Shown here one piece after another: positions 25,938-35,170 of a stretch of 64,000 nt of DNA. This DNA is from a virus: positions 64,001-128,000 of IMG/VR virus record IMGVR_UViG_3300023202_000068; one strand, written 5' to 3'. The position numbers and the translations under genes are program-made. Each line of letters begins with the position of its first letter. Positions within the stretch are counted from its first letter, which is position 1. Below the pieces are notes generated by a model. It ran no database searches and was not told the DNA's origin. It saw only the letters and a list, made by a program, of their open reading frames with translations.

Positions 25938-26209
25938 TGAGTAAAAAAGATAACGAAGAATATTGGTATATAGATGAGACAGCAGGTGACGCTCGTAAAT
26001 TTTTAGAGTTCGCAAGAAAACAACTTAAAAATACAACTCACAGGGGTATTTTGTATATCGGGAGTAGCCAAGAAGAAAGTTCTTTCCTTAAAGAGGCAGC
26101 TCGTCACTTCGACAATATGACCAAGCCTAATTCTTACGAGATCTTTGACCTTGTACATGAACAAGACGGAACCGCAAAAGGAAAAACATGCGATACTTAC
26201 TACCTTTAA
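25937..26209 (+). CDS. hypothetical protein
   Basis: TAATG coupling. Confidence 0.55.
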   Translation: MSKKDNEEYWYIDETAGDARKFLEFARKQLKNTTHRGILYIGSSQEESSFLKEAARHFDNMTKPNSYEIFDLVHEQDGTAKGKTCDTYYL

Positions 26210-26436
26210 TATTCTTACTAGCCGGATGCGATAAAGTTGCCACAATAGAGCCAGCTAGTGAAATGACAATAATCAGAGCTACGTGTGCTATGAACGACTT
26301 TGACGGATTTCCAAAGAAAGTTACAGGCATTGTGACACTACAGCTAAAGGGTTTTTTAACCATTAGGGTGGACAATGAAGATAATTCAGAGCACGTAGAA
26401 ATTACATTTCCTAAATCTAAATGCGGAGTTAAATAA
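26188..26436 (+). CDS. small lipoprotein
   Basis: MRYLLPLIFLLAGC lipobox. Confidence 0.7.
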   Translation: MRYLLPLIFLLAGCDKVATIEPASEMTIIRATCAMNDFDGFPKKVTGIVTLQLKGFLTIRVDNEDNSEHVEITFPKSKCGVK

Positions 26437-26759
26437 TGCAAAGCGAATTAATCGGAGCACTTCTAGAGACTATGGACTCAAAGATCTTTTCTTTGGTCCT
26501 ACAGCTTATCGTGGTTGGTGCTATCTTTATGTGGCTAAAGGATTTTAACGGTCGTGTGGTGAACTATTTTAAACTGAGAATGTCTGAGTTTGGAAGGGGA
26601 ACTAAGGTACGTATCGAGGGTATCGAAGGGTACGTAAGACATATTGGCTTCAACGAAGTTGAAATAGTTATTAACGAAAATGAAACCCTTTTAATGCCTG
26701 TTTCTAGATTTATGTCTATCAGTAAGGTAATTATAGTGCAAGGTCCAGTGAAGCCGTGA
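26436..26759 (+). CDS. truncated MscS-like protein (one TM + beta domain)
   Basis: TM helix, then FGRGTKVRIEGIEGYVRHIGF...LLMP. Confidence 0.6.
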   Translation: MQSELIGALLETMDSKIFSLVLQLIVVGAIFMWLKDFNGRVVNYFKLRMSEFGRGTKVRIEGIEGYVRHIGFNEVEIVINENETLLMPVSRFMSISKVIIVQGPVKP

Positions 26760-27100
26760 GATGGGAAAGGGGTAGGCAGGGTACAGGTTATTGGATATTT
26801 AAGATATTTAGTGTCTGGACCCTACATTGCGACTGTTATTTAATTTACTACCCCACTGGCAGCTACATCCCACCGCATAAAGACCCTGCAATTGACGGGT
26901 ATGAGCACCACAGAATTAACATTGTCTTGAGACAAGCTGATAAGGGCGGCTGGTTTTGGGTTAGACAGGGTTTTGGCGTAGGCACTACGGATCGCAGTAT
27001 CGTAAGGTTTAGACCAGACATACAAGAGCACAGTGTTGATAGAGTTTTAGAAGGGTCAAGGTTAGTATTTTCCTTTGGTTGGCTTAGAAAGGCAGTGTGA
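26756..27100 (+). CDS. small 2OG-Fe(II) oxygenase
   Basis: YPTGSYIPPHKD (HxD), FRPD..EHSV, GSRLVFSFG. Confidence 0.8.
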   Translation: MRWERGRQGTGYWIFKIFSVWTLHCDCYLIYYPTGSYIPPHKDPAIDGYEHHRINIVLRQADKGGWFWVRQGFGVGTTDRSIVRFRPDIQEHSVDRVLEGSRLVFSFGWLRKAV

Positions 27101-27262
27101 TGTTTAAAAGCTACTGGTTAATTGGTGTCAACCCTTCAGGTTGTGAGCATTTTGAGATTATCAACACACTACACAGCTATGATGGTAACTTTACATACCG
27201 TAGATGGTCAAAAATCTTTGAACTGTTTGGTCGTGGCTTTTATTTAAGAGGAAGGTTGTTTC

Positions 27263-27889
27263 GTGAATAAAAATGTATTTTTTACTTCGGACTGGCACAT
27301 CGGGCACGATATGGTTATCAAGTATAGTAATCGTCCATTTAACGATTGTGAACATATGCACCGCGTACTTATTAACAACTATAACTCCACTGTAGGCAAG
27401 CACGATATTTGTTACTTCCTAGGTGATATCGGACTAGTTAACGGTGAGGTTATTAAAGAGGTGATATCTAAGCTCAACGGCACCAAGATATTAATTCAAG
27501 GCAATCACGATGCCAAGGGTAGACAGTTTTGGATGACTGCTGGGTTTGTCACGGTACTCCATTCAGCTTCCATCAGGGTAGCCAGAGAGACTGTTACGAT
27601 GTCTCACTGTCCACTCCAAGGCCTATATAGAGAGGACACGTCACAGATGCGTAATGGCGGTGAAAACTGGCATGGTGAGGCTAAACACATTAGGAATGGC
27701 TTTTCCCTACCAGATTTTGGCCAGTTCCACCTGCACGGTCACATACATAGTCCAAACGGCGGTAAGTCCAAGAGAATACTGGGAAAACAGTTTGATGTAG
27801 GCGTTGATGCAAATAAGTATAGACCCGTGTCGATTTCTGAGATAGAATCATGGGTAGCAAAGACAAAAAAGGGAGATAGGGTTGTATAA
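27263..27889 (+). CDS. calcineurin-like metallophosphoesterase
   Basis: FTSDWHIGH, LGDI, GNHD, SHCP, LHGHIH, DVGVD. Confidence 0.88.
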   Translation: MNKNVFFTSDWHIGHDMVIKYSNRPFNDCEHMHRVLINNYNSTVGKHDICYFLGDIGLVNGEVIKEVISKLNGTKILIQGNHDAKGRQFWMTAGFVTVLHSASIRVARETVTMSHCPLQGLYREDTSQMRNGGENWHGEAKHIRNGFSLPDFGQFHLHGHIHSPNGGKSKRILGKQFDVGVDANKYRPVSISEIESWVAKTKKGDRVV

Positions 27890-28970
27890 TCCAAACTTTG
27901 AAGCTTTAGATAGACTGCATGAGGAAGGATACTTACGTAAGTTTGTATCTAGCTGCGGTAGGCTTTTTGGTTACAACTACACAGACAAGTGTGTTTATGA
28001 CAGGCATTGGAATAAGCATACTTTGAATGCGCGTGGAACTGTTTATGAAAAAAGTACAGGAAAGGTTGTAGCCAGAGCATTTCCAAAGTTTTTTAACTTT
28101 GAAGAGCTGGCTGTTTCAAAGCAACGCGCTCTGTTAAAAGAAAAAGACTTCTATGCCTTTTGGAAAGAAGACGGTTCTCTAGGGGTTATGTATTTTTATG
28201 ACGGCGATTGGCACATTAATACTCGCGGATCATTTAACTCAGAGCAAGCGGTTGAAGCTGAAAAGATTATGGAAAAATATGACTTCCACAAGCTTGATCA
28301 AACTTACACTTATCTTGTAGAAATTGTATATCCAGAGAATAGAATTATTATGGATTATGGAGATACCAGACAGCTAGTAATGCTAACTGCGATTCACACT
28401 AGTACTGGTGTGGAAATGAAGCCTGGTGAGCTGCAGGTTTACGGCAACACCTTAAAGTTTCCAGTTTGCGACTCCCATCAGTTTGACAACATTGATCAAA
28501 TAATACAGCACCAGCAAGATATGGGGAAGTTAGAAGAAGGCTACGTGGTCTTATTCCAATCTGGTGAGCGTGTAAAGTTTAAGTCCAAAGAATATATGAA
28601 ACTAGCCGCTTTAATGTCGCACATGACACCTTTGCATTTTTGGAAGAATATGGTAGACGGTCGTTTTGACAAGGATTTTTTAGAGCAATTTCCAGAAGAA
28701 GTTAGACCAGAGGCTGATGAAATAGCTACTAAGTTAGTTCACAACTATCTATTTACTAAAAATGAAATAATTGAAGACTTCGTTGATTTAGATGAGGTTA
28801 ATGGCTTCTTTCTTAAGGAAAATTACGACGGTAGTATAAAAAAATATTTAGGTTTGAACTTAGACCGATTTCGACATCCTAATGCTTTATTTTTAATATT
28901 AGATAATAATGAAGAAAAATTAGATAAGTATATTATGAAGCGAATTAGACCTAAGGCGAATGAGCTGTAA
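27882..28970 (+). CDS. rnlA: RNA ligase 1 (T4 RnlA-like)
   Basis: ARG..., FPKFFN, motif I KEDGS, TRGSF, EIVYPENRII, EGYV, RVKFKSKEY. Confidence 0.88.
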   Translation: MYNPNFEALDRLHEEGYLRKFVSSCGRLFGYNYTDKCVYDRHWNKHTLNARGTVYEKSTGKVVARAFPKFFNFEELAVSKQRALLKEKDFYAFWKEDGSLGVMYFYDGDWHINTRGSFNSEQAVEAEKIMEKYDFHKLDQTYTYLVEIVYPENRIIMDYGDTRQLVMLTAIHTSTGVEMKPGELQVYGNTLKFPVCDSHQFDNIDQIIQHQQDMGKLEEGYVVLFQSGERVKFKSKEYMKLAALMSHMTPLHFWKNMVDGRFDKDFLEQFPEEVRPEADEIATKLVHNYLFTKNEIIEDFVDLDEVNGFFLKENYDGSIKKYLGLNLDRFRHPNALFLILDNNEEKLDKYIMKRIRPKANEL

Positions 28971-28980
28971 GGAGAAGTTA

Positions 28981-29358
28981 ATGAGTTTAGATATTACACT
29001 TAAAGGTAAAGAAATACCCTGTCCTGAGTGCTCTAGGTGTTGGAGTTGTGATGGTACAGGCACAGTTAGAGAATCTTTATACGAAAGCAATATAACACAT
29101 AATCTAACCACCATGGCAGAGCAAGCTGGGCTTTATAAGTTTATTTGGAGACCAGAGGAAACTCACGTAACTCAAGCTGCTGACCTGATAAAGCCTTTAC
29201 AAAAAGGCTTGAAGCTTTTAAAATCAGATAGAGCCCGATTTGAGAAATTTAACCCAGAAAATGGGTGAGGTACATACGAGGGTTTAGTTGAATTTGTTGA
29301 GGCTTATTTAGCCGCATGTAAGGAAAACCCCAACACAACAATTCATGCGTGCGGATAG
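28981..29358 (+). CDS. conserved phage protein interrupted by an in-frame TGA at 29266-29268
   Basis: NITHNL..MA...WRP...FNPENG*GTYEGLVEFVEAYLAACKENP; the frame stays open to TAG 29356-29358. Confidence 0.6.
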
Positions 29359-29372
29359 ACTAGGAGATTAAG

Positions 29373-30143
29373 TTGATCATTATAGGCGATGTGCATGGAA
29401 ATTTTAAAACTATGGAAGCTTTGCTCCAAAAAATTCCAACTGAGGAATTAAAAAAGGGAGTGGTGTTCGTAGGAGATCTTATTGATCGTGGACCCATGTC
29501 TGCTGATGTGGTTGAGTTTGTAAGGACTACAGACTGGGCTCAAACTGTGCGTGGAAATCACGAGCAAATGATGATTGACGAGGGTTTAAAAGAAGCCGCG
29601 CATTTTATGAGAAACGGTACTTTCAATATGCATGTTAATCAATACGGTGTTTACAGTAGCTTGTGGTTGGTAAATGGCGGCAAGGAAACCCTAGAGTCTT
29701 ATGTCGATATTGATGAAGATACAAAAAGACCTGTATTTGATATGGATGTTTTTATAGACCACACTGAGTGGTTAAAAAACTTACCTCTTTACTTGGAGTT
29801 TAAAGATGTTAAAAATGACAAAGGAGAGCACCTACTGGTCTCTCATTCTTCTGCTGGCACAGTGTGGAAGTGGAGCCCTGAAAGACGCAAAACAAACGCT
29901 AAGCAATTTGCTGCTCACCTTACTTGGGGTAGGCCTCGTCAGTTCAAGCCAATTGATAATATTTACAATGTGTTTGGGCATACTCCTGTTCCAAACGGTC
30001 CTAGACTTAAAAGCTTCTATGCAAATGTAGACACCGGAGCTTTTTATAAAGAACAATCGGGATATTTTAAGTTGACAGCTTTACAATTTCCTGAGATGAT
30101 AGTCTACGAACAGGAAAATATAGATGATATTAGATACAGATAA
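29373..30143 (+). CDS. Ser/Thr protein phosphatase-like metallophosphoesterase (lambda NinI/PrpA type)
   Basis: GDVHG, GDLIDRG, RGNHE, NGG..T, FGHTP, VDTGA. Confidence 0.9.
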   Translation: MIIIGDVHGNFKTMEALLQKIPTEELKKGVVFVGDLIDRGPMSADVVEFVRTTDWAQTVRGNHEQMMIDEGLKEAAHFMRNGTFNMHVNQYGVYSSLWLVNGGKETLESYVDIDEDTKRPVFDMDVFIDHTEWLKNLPLYLEFKDVKNDKGEHLLVSHSSAGTVWKWSPERRKTNAKQFAAHLTWGRPRQFKPIDNIYNVFGHTPVPNGPRLKSFYANVDTGAFYKEQSGYFKLTALQFPEMIVYEQENIDDIRYR

Positions 30144-30750
30144 AAAGACATTAGAGTTTCATGAGTTTGAGGTCAAGTTTAGACTTGACGAATCTAAACT
30201 TAATGATTGGAAGCAACTCATAAGAGATTATGCTAATTCCGACGGTAGTGGATATAAAGACTTTGTCTACGTTGATTCTGACGACATATATTTTACTCGT
30301 GAATCTACTTCCGAAGATGTTGATTATGAATTTATCAGATATCGCTTTTCAGATGGAGAAAAGCGTGCAGAACTTACAACAAAAAGAAAGTTGAAAGACA
30401 GTAACAATATTATTCGCAAAGAGCAGAACGTGCGAGTAGACAATAATGATAGGGAAACAATACATGAATTTGTCACGGATGGTCTTGGCTTCGATTATAA
30501 TTTTCGTATTACTAAGTATGTCCAAATTTATATTTTTAAGGACGCTACACTCCCTTTTTATACGGTTGTGGACGAAAATAAAAAGCGCGACACTTTTGTC
30601 GAAATTGAAGTCGATGAGAAACTTTTACACAGCATAACTGAAGAAGAAGCTTGGGCTATTATTAATAAGTACGAAAAGCTTCTAGAGCCTTTGGGGATTA
30701 CACCTAGAAACAGACTTCGTAAGTCTTTGTTTGAGATGTATAAGCGATAA
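30124..30750 (+). CDS. CYTH-domain (triphosphate tunnel) protein
   Basis: EFEVKF (ExExK), DIYF, RYR, LTTK, FVEIEV. Confidence 0.8.
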   Translation: MILDTDKKTLEFHEFEVKFRLDESKLNDWKQLIRDYANSDGSGYKDFVYVDSDDIYFTRESTSEDVDYEFIRYRFSDGEKRAELTTKRKLKDSNNIIRKEQNVRVDNNDRETIHEFVTDGLGFDYNFRITKYVQIYIFKDATLPFYTVVDENKKRDTFVEIEVDEKLLHSITEEEAWAIINKYEKLLEPLGITPRNRLRKSLFEMYKR

Positions 30751-30853
30751 CATAGACTATATTGCACACTAAGATTTGTAAGTGACAGTGTATTGATTTT
30801 CATGGTAATTATTTTGAATCGATGAGTGCGGAAAAGTAGTAAAGATACGGACG

Positions 30854-31438
30854 ATGATGGTACAAAAACATATAGATAATATAGGTAAGTCCTATGGCTG
30901 GTTAACAATTTTAGGTGTCAGTCGCAATAAATATTACAAATATACGTGTATATGTGAGTGCGGTAATTTGTCACAGCCCAACGCACACGCTGTATTAAAT
31001 GGCTCGACAATTAGTTGTGGGTGTTATTGGGAATACAGTGTTCGTGGTGAAAAGAAAAATAAGCCTAGAAGTGATATAAAATATGGCAAAAAATCTTCTG
31101 CAGCCAATTATGTATTTCACACTTACAAGAGAAACGCTAGTAAAAGAGGTTTGATCTTTATGTTAAATAAAGATCAATTTGTTGATTTAATTGTTAAAGA
31201 CTGTTGTTATTGTGGATGTAGTCCCCAGCAGGCTTCTAGGTATTGGGGTAAGGATAAAAGCCCTAAATTTATTTACAATGGTGTGGACAGGGTGGATAAT
31301 AATCTAGGATACACGTTAGATAATTGCGTGGCTTGTTGTAATACCTGCAACAAAGCCAAGAGCGATAAGAGTTTAGAAGAATTCAAAGACTGGATTTGTA
31401 ATTTAATAAATTTTTATAAAGGAGCAAAAATTGAATAA
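30854..31438 (+). mobile_element. free-standing HNH-family homing endonuclease
   Basis: GKSYGWLT, CICECG, SCGC; CCYCG, GVDRVDNNLGYTLDNCVACCNTCNKAKS. Confidence 0.85.
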
Positions 31439-32078
31439 AAATAAAAAAACTATTCGCTTGGAAGTAGAAGGAACTGACGGTGCTGGAAAAACTACAGCGT
31501 TAAAATATGTTTTAGAAAAACTACAGCAAGCAGAGTCTAGGGTACTTGAGACTCGCGAGGTTGGGTCACCACTTATCCCAAGCTGTGTTGAACTTAGAAA
31601 ACTTGTATTGAATCCAGAGTCAAATCTATCAGGATCTGCAATGGAACTTATCTTTGCCGCCATGCGCGTTGAAAATGATCGTTTTTACGAAAAAGTTTCA
31701 AATCAGTATGACTTTATCTTGTCTGATCGAGGTTGGTTTTCTCACCTTGCTTACACTGACCATAATGTCAGCGAAGATTTTACAAAAGAGTTTTACGTAG
31801 ATTTTCTTGAAGACATCACAACACTTCCAGACGTTGTCCTTTACTTAAGAGTTGATGGTGAGACAGCACTTCAGAGAAGAATTCGCAGAGGTGAAGAGGC
31901 TGATGTGATTGAACTTAAAGGCCCTGAGTACCAAGAGCTTGTTAGAGGTTCTTTTGAGAAATACCTCAATCATTACAGTGACGTACAGATTATTGAAATT
32001 GACGCTACTCAAGATCTTGACAATGTAAAGAAACAGCTTGACAATGCTGTTGAGAAATTGTTACAATTAAAGTCATAG
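31431..32078 (+). CDS. tmk: thymidylate kinase
   Basis: EGTDGAGKTT, TRE, LSDR, PDVVLYL. Confidence 0.9.
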   Translation: MNKNKKTIRLEVEGTDGAGKTTALKYVLEKLQQAESRVLETREVGSPLIPSCVELRKLVLNPESNLSGSAMELIFAAMRVENDRFYEKVSNQYDFILSDRGWFSHLAYTDHNVSEDFTKEFYVDFLEDITTLPDVVLYLRVDGETALQRRIRRGEEADVIELKGPEYQELVRGSFEKYLNHYSDVQIIEIDATQDLDNVKKQLDNAVEKLLQLKS

Positions 32079-32088
32079 GAGGTGCCAT

Positions 32089-32406
32089 ATGGCCAAGGGG
32101 ATGACTGCAGCAGACATTGCTGATAAGATTATTGAGAAGAAACTTAAAGAGGAAAGATCAGCCTACGCAAGCCTGAGAGATCAGTGTGTCGCGGCGATTG
32201 ACGGGATGATTGACGAACTTGGCTCTGAGGTTGAAATAGAGCTTTCAGATCGTCACATGCTCGCTCTAACTAAAGTTACAGAAGAGATGCGAGACCTAGG
32301 GTATAAATTTGCCTTTATTGAGGTTCAAGACTCTAGTGGGAACATCAAAGGTCATAAACTTAGAATTTCTATCAAACATGCAATGGGAGCGGATCTTAAT
32401 GGATAA
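32089..32406 (+). CDS. hypothetical protein
   Basis: AGGAGGT RBS. Confidence 0.7.
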   Translation: MAKGMTAADIADKIIEKKLKEERSAYASLRDQCVAAIDGMIDELGSEVEIELSDRHMLALTKVTEEMRDLGYKFAFIEVQDSSGNIKGHKLRISIKHAMGADLNG

Positions 32407-32797
32407 TAAAACTTATTTAAAATCAGCATTGAGAACTAATAACCCAGATGAAGCTGGGATTCACAATAGACTTGTCGTTCCACAGGATATGTCTAAGAGG
32501 CAATCGCTTGACTTGTTGCACGCCTCTATGGGTTTAGTCACAGAAGCTGGTGAGTTCCAAGACATGTTGAAGAAGCACGTATATTACGGAAAAGAACTAG
32601 ATACTGTAAATTTAAAGGAAGAGATTGGAGATATACTTTGGTACTGCGCCATTGCTCTTAACGCTTTAGACAGTTCTTTTGAAGAAGTTATGGAGACTAA
32701 TATAAATAAGCTTAAAGCTAGATATCCTGAAAAATTTACATCAGATAAGGCAATAAACAGAGATCTAGCAAAAGAGCGCAAGATTCTCGAAGAGTAG
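32399..32797 (+). CDS. MazG-like nucleotide pyrophosphohydrolase
   Basis: GLVTEAGE, EEIGDILWY, NINKLKARYP; ATG 32399 after GGGAG. Confidence 0.88.
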   Translation: MDNKTYLKSALRTNNPDEAGIHNRLVVPQDMSKRQSLDLLHASMGLVTEAGEFQDMLKKHVYYGKELDTVNLKEEIGDILWYCAIALNALDSSFEEVMETNINKLKARYPEKFTSDKAINRDLAKERKILEE

Positions 32798-32798
32798 C

Positions 32799-32807
32799 AA
32801 TCTTTAA
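32799..32807 (+). promoter_or_regulatory. putative late promoter motif AATCTTTAA
   Basis: ends 3 nt before the ATG of the 32811 gene. Confidence 0.55.
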
Positions 32808-32810
32808 ACT

Positions 32811-34187
32811 ATGGCGCTTACTCAAGATGACAGGATCTCCATTTCTAAAAAGATCATTGATATTCCAAGGGAAAACGAGACAGCCGAAGGCTTGAAAGAC
32901 CAGCTCGAACTACAAAGGGTTGAGCTGGAAAAACAAGATAACGGCAACAAGTCCCTTCAAGATGATCAGACTGCACTGGTAAACGACTATCAGGCTGAGT
33001 TGTCGCGCTATGACGGCAACGGCAGGACTGAGGTGACAGAGCAAGACATGTTAGATTCTGCTAATCGCATTATCCAATGTCCATTTTTTCCAAACGATAA
33101 TCAGACCTCACTTCCATCAATACCAGACGGGGTGTGGAAGTCCTTTGTACCTTTTGCTGGCGGCTTAGGGATTGGTAGGGACTATTTAGAGGCCTTTAGT
33201 ACTGTTACTAGGGAACAAGACCTCATAGACGATATTAACGATCAGATAGTCATTGTGGAGGCTGAGAACGCTGCTACCAGAAGCACGGGAGATTCGTGTG
33301 TAGGAGGTGGAACTTGTAGCCTACCTATCTATACCAATCAAACAGACTGTCAAGACAATGGCGGTACGTGGACTCCAGGTGGTCCAGACTTTATCGGTCC
33401 AGACGCACAAATGCAGCAGGCTGCGACTGATTTAAAAAACGCCGTTCAAGCGTGGGAAGATTTTCTTAACGGCACTCTCGGTGTAATTCCTACAGACACA
33501 GACGCAGGCAGGCAAGTAGAAAACGATGCGTCAACCACTTCGGCTAACAGTGCAATATCTGATATTGACACTTGGCAAGCCCTTCAAGACTTTGACACTA
33601 CTACCTCTGTACCATCTACTTGTGCTAGCTTTAACTCAAAGCCTGCAGGCGATTTTACCCCAAGTAAGTTTAGAGCTGATGAGCTTCAGACAATTAAAGA
33701 CGCTATCGCAGCACGTGAGGCTTTCTTTCCAACACGTACAGGTCAAATAAATGGCCACTTGGGTACGGTTGTACAAGATAGTAGTTCTGGTGAGATTACA
33801 TCAGCAACTGGTTTTTACGGGACAAGGTTTAGATTTATTGATATGAGATTGAACGGTATGGCTGGTTCACTTTCTAAACTTAGAGGTTTGGAGCGCGGTC
33901 AAGACGCTCAGCAATCTTTGCAAAACTCCAACAACAGCGCAGGTATAGCTTTAACTACAGTCATGACTGCTAGTCAGTTTAGAGCACCTGCAACTAATAC
34001 TTCTACAATCCACGTGTTAGACGGATCTGGTTTTTCACCTGGCGACTCTGCATATGTAACGTCAAACTCTCAGGCAGAAATACCTGTGGTAATCCAGACA
34101 GTTAGTGGAAATAGAATTGTGTTGGATGTAAATATTCCAGAAAAATATAGGCACACTGAAGGTGCCAGACTATATAAAGTTCTTTAG
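32811..34187 (+). CDS. probable virion structural protein
   Basis: acidic, Thr/Ser/Gly-rich like the tail genes; preceded by the late motif; GTCS...TDCQDNGGTW Cys motif. Confidence 0.6.
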   Translation: MALTQDDRISISKKIIDIPRENETAEGLKDQLELQRVELEKQDNGNKSLQDDQTALVNDYQAELSRYDGNGRTEVTEQDMLDSANRIIQCPFFPNDNQTSLPSIPDGVWKSFVPFAGGLGIGRDYLEAFSTVTREQDLIDDINDQIVIVEAENAATRSTGDSCVGGGTCSLPIYTNQTDCQDNGGTWTPGGPDFIGPDAQMQQAATDLKNAVQAWEDFLNGTLGVIPTDTDAGRQVENDASTTSANSAISDIDTWQALQDFDTTTSVPSTCASFNSKPAGDFTPSKFRADELQTIKDAIAAREAFFPTRTGQINGHLGTVVQDSSSGEITSATGFYGTRFRFIDMRLNGMAGSLSKLRGLERGQDAQQSLQNSNNSAGIALTTVMTASQFRAPATNTSTIHVLDGSGFSPGDSAYVTSNSQAEIPVVIQTVSGNRIVLDVNIPEKYRHTEGARLYKVL

Positions 34188-34472
34188 ATCTTCTAGGTCT
34201 TCTATTGAGGTAGCGGCTAGGTCGTGTGTGATAAATAACATGTGAGCTTCTATTCGGTTGTGAGCCTTTTCATACTCTTCTTTCGATGCATCTTCACCAG
34301 CTACTATTGATTGTTTTTTTAGCCGACTAGATTCCATCTTGCGCTTTCTCATATATTCTCTTTCAATATACTTACGCATTGTGTCTTTCAATTCTTTACT
34401 AGACATCTCAGAGTAGAAACCTTCGATTTCTAACTTATCTATGACTCCATCGACAATTTCTAGAGCGTTCAT
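34170..34472 (-). CDS. hypothetical protein
   Basis: part of a short minus-strand cluster. Confidence 0.6.
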   Translation of the reverse strand: MNALEIVDGVIDKLEIEGFYSEMSSKELKDTMRKYIEREYMRKRKMESSRLKKQSIVAGEDASKEEYEKAHNRIEAHMLFITHDLAATSIEDLEDLKNFI

Positions 34473-34630
34473 CTGTTAGTCTTCTTAATTATAGCAGCAC
34501 CGCACTTGTCACAGACAAAGTACTTACCCCTGTCTAGGAAGTTGTGTCCGGTAATACAGGGTTTACTTCTAAGTGCCATAAAAATGAAACTTGCAAGTAC
34601 TGCATAAAAAAACATCACTGATAATTCCAC
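34469..34630 (-). CDS. small membrane protein with CxxC
   Basis: 53-aa ORF (MELSVMFFYAVLASFIFMALRSKPCITGH...CDKC) filling the gap between neighbours. Confidence 0.5.
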   Translation of the reverse strand: MELSVMFFYAVLASFIFMALRSKPCITGHNFLDRGKYFVCDKCGAAIIKKTNR

Positions 34631-35007
34631 TACGAATCCTCTACACCCTCGTGGTAATCCTTAAATAGAGTCTTATGCCCACATTCTTGGTTACTACAGG
34701 CTCTGTTGTATTTTACTTTATTTCTAAGAGGCCAAATGTTAATCTGCATAATACCGCTCGCACATTTGTGACATAGCCATTTTGCCTTAGCCTTCTCAGC
34801 TTTTCTCTTTTCTTTACTCTCATGGAGCTTTCGCTCTTGTCTTTGTTTTCTAACAAGCTCTTCTAAATGTTCAAATCTTCCAACATCTACCATCTTGTTA
34901 ATTTTCCTCAATTTTTTAAGTTCTTTTTTGAGGCTATCGTTTTCATGCTTCAGTTTTTCTAACAAATCATAGTCGCCACTGTGTCGGCGAGTTTTACTCT
35001 TAGCCAT
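34630..35007 (-). CDS. coiled-coil + zinc-ribbon protein
   Basis: CHKC...CSNQEC; AGGA RBS. Confidence 0.65.
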   Translation of the reverse strand: MAKSKTRRHSGDYDLLEKLKHENDSLKKELKKLRKINKMVDVGRFEHLEELVRKQRQERKLHESKEKRKAEKAKAKWLCHKCASGIMQINIWPLRNKVKYNRACSNQECGHKTLFKDYHEGVEDS

Positions 35008-35170
35008 AGTTGAGTCCTAAATTGCTTTTGTACCTCGAATTACCTTGAAGTTTCTTCTGCGTTCCTCTGCCTTTTTGTTTCTCTTTCTTCTACGGTAACT
35101 GATTATAAAATTTACAAAAATAATCCCAATTGGGATCAGCGAAAGTACTGTAAGTATTACAAATGCTGGA

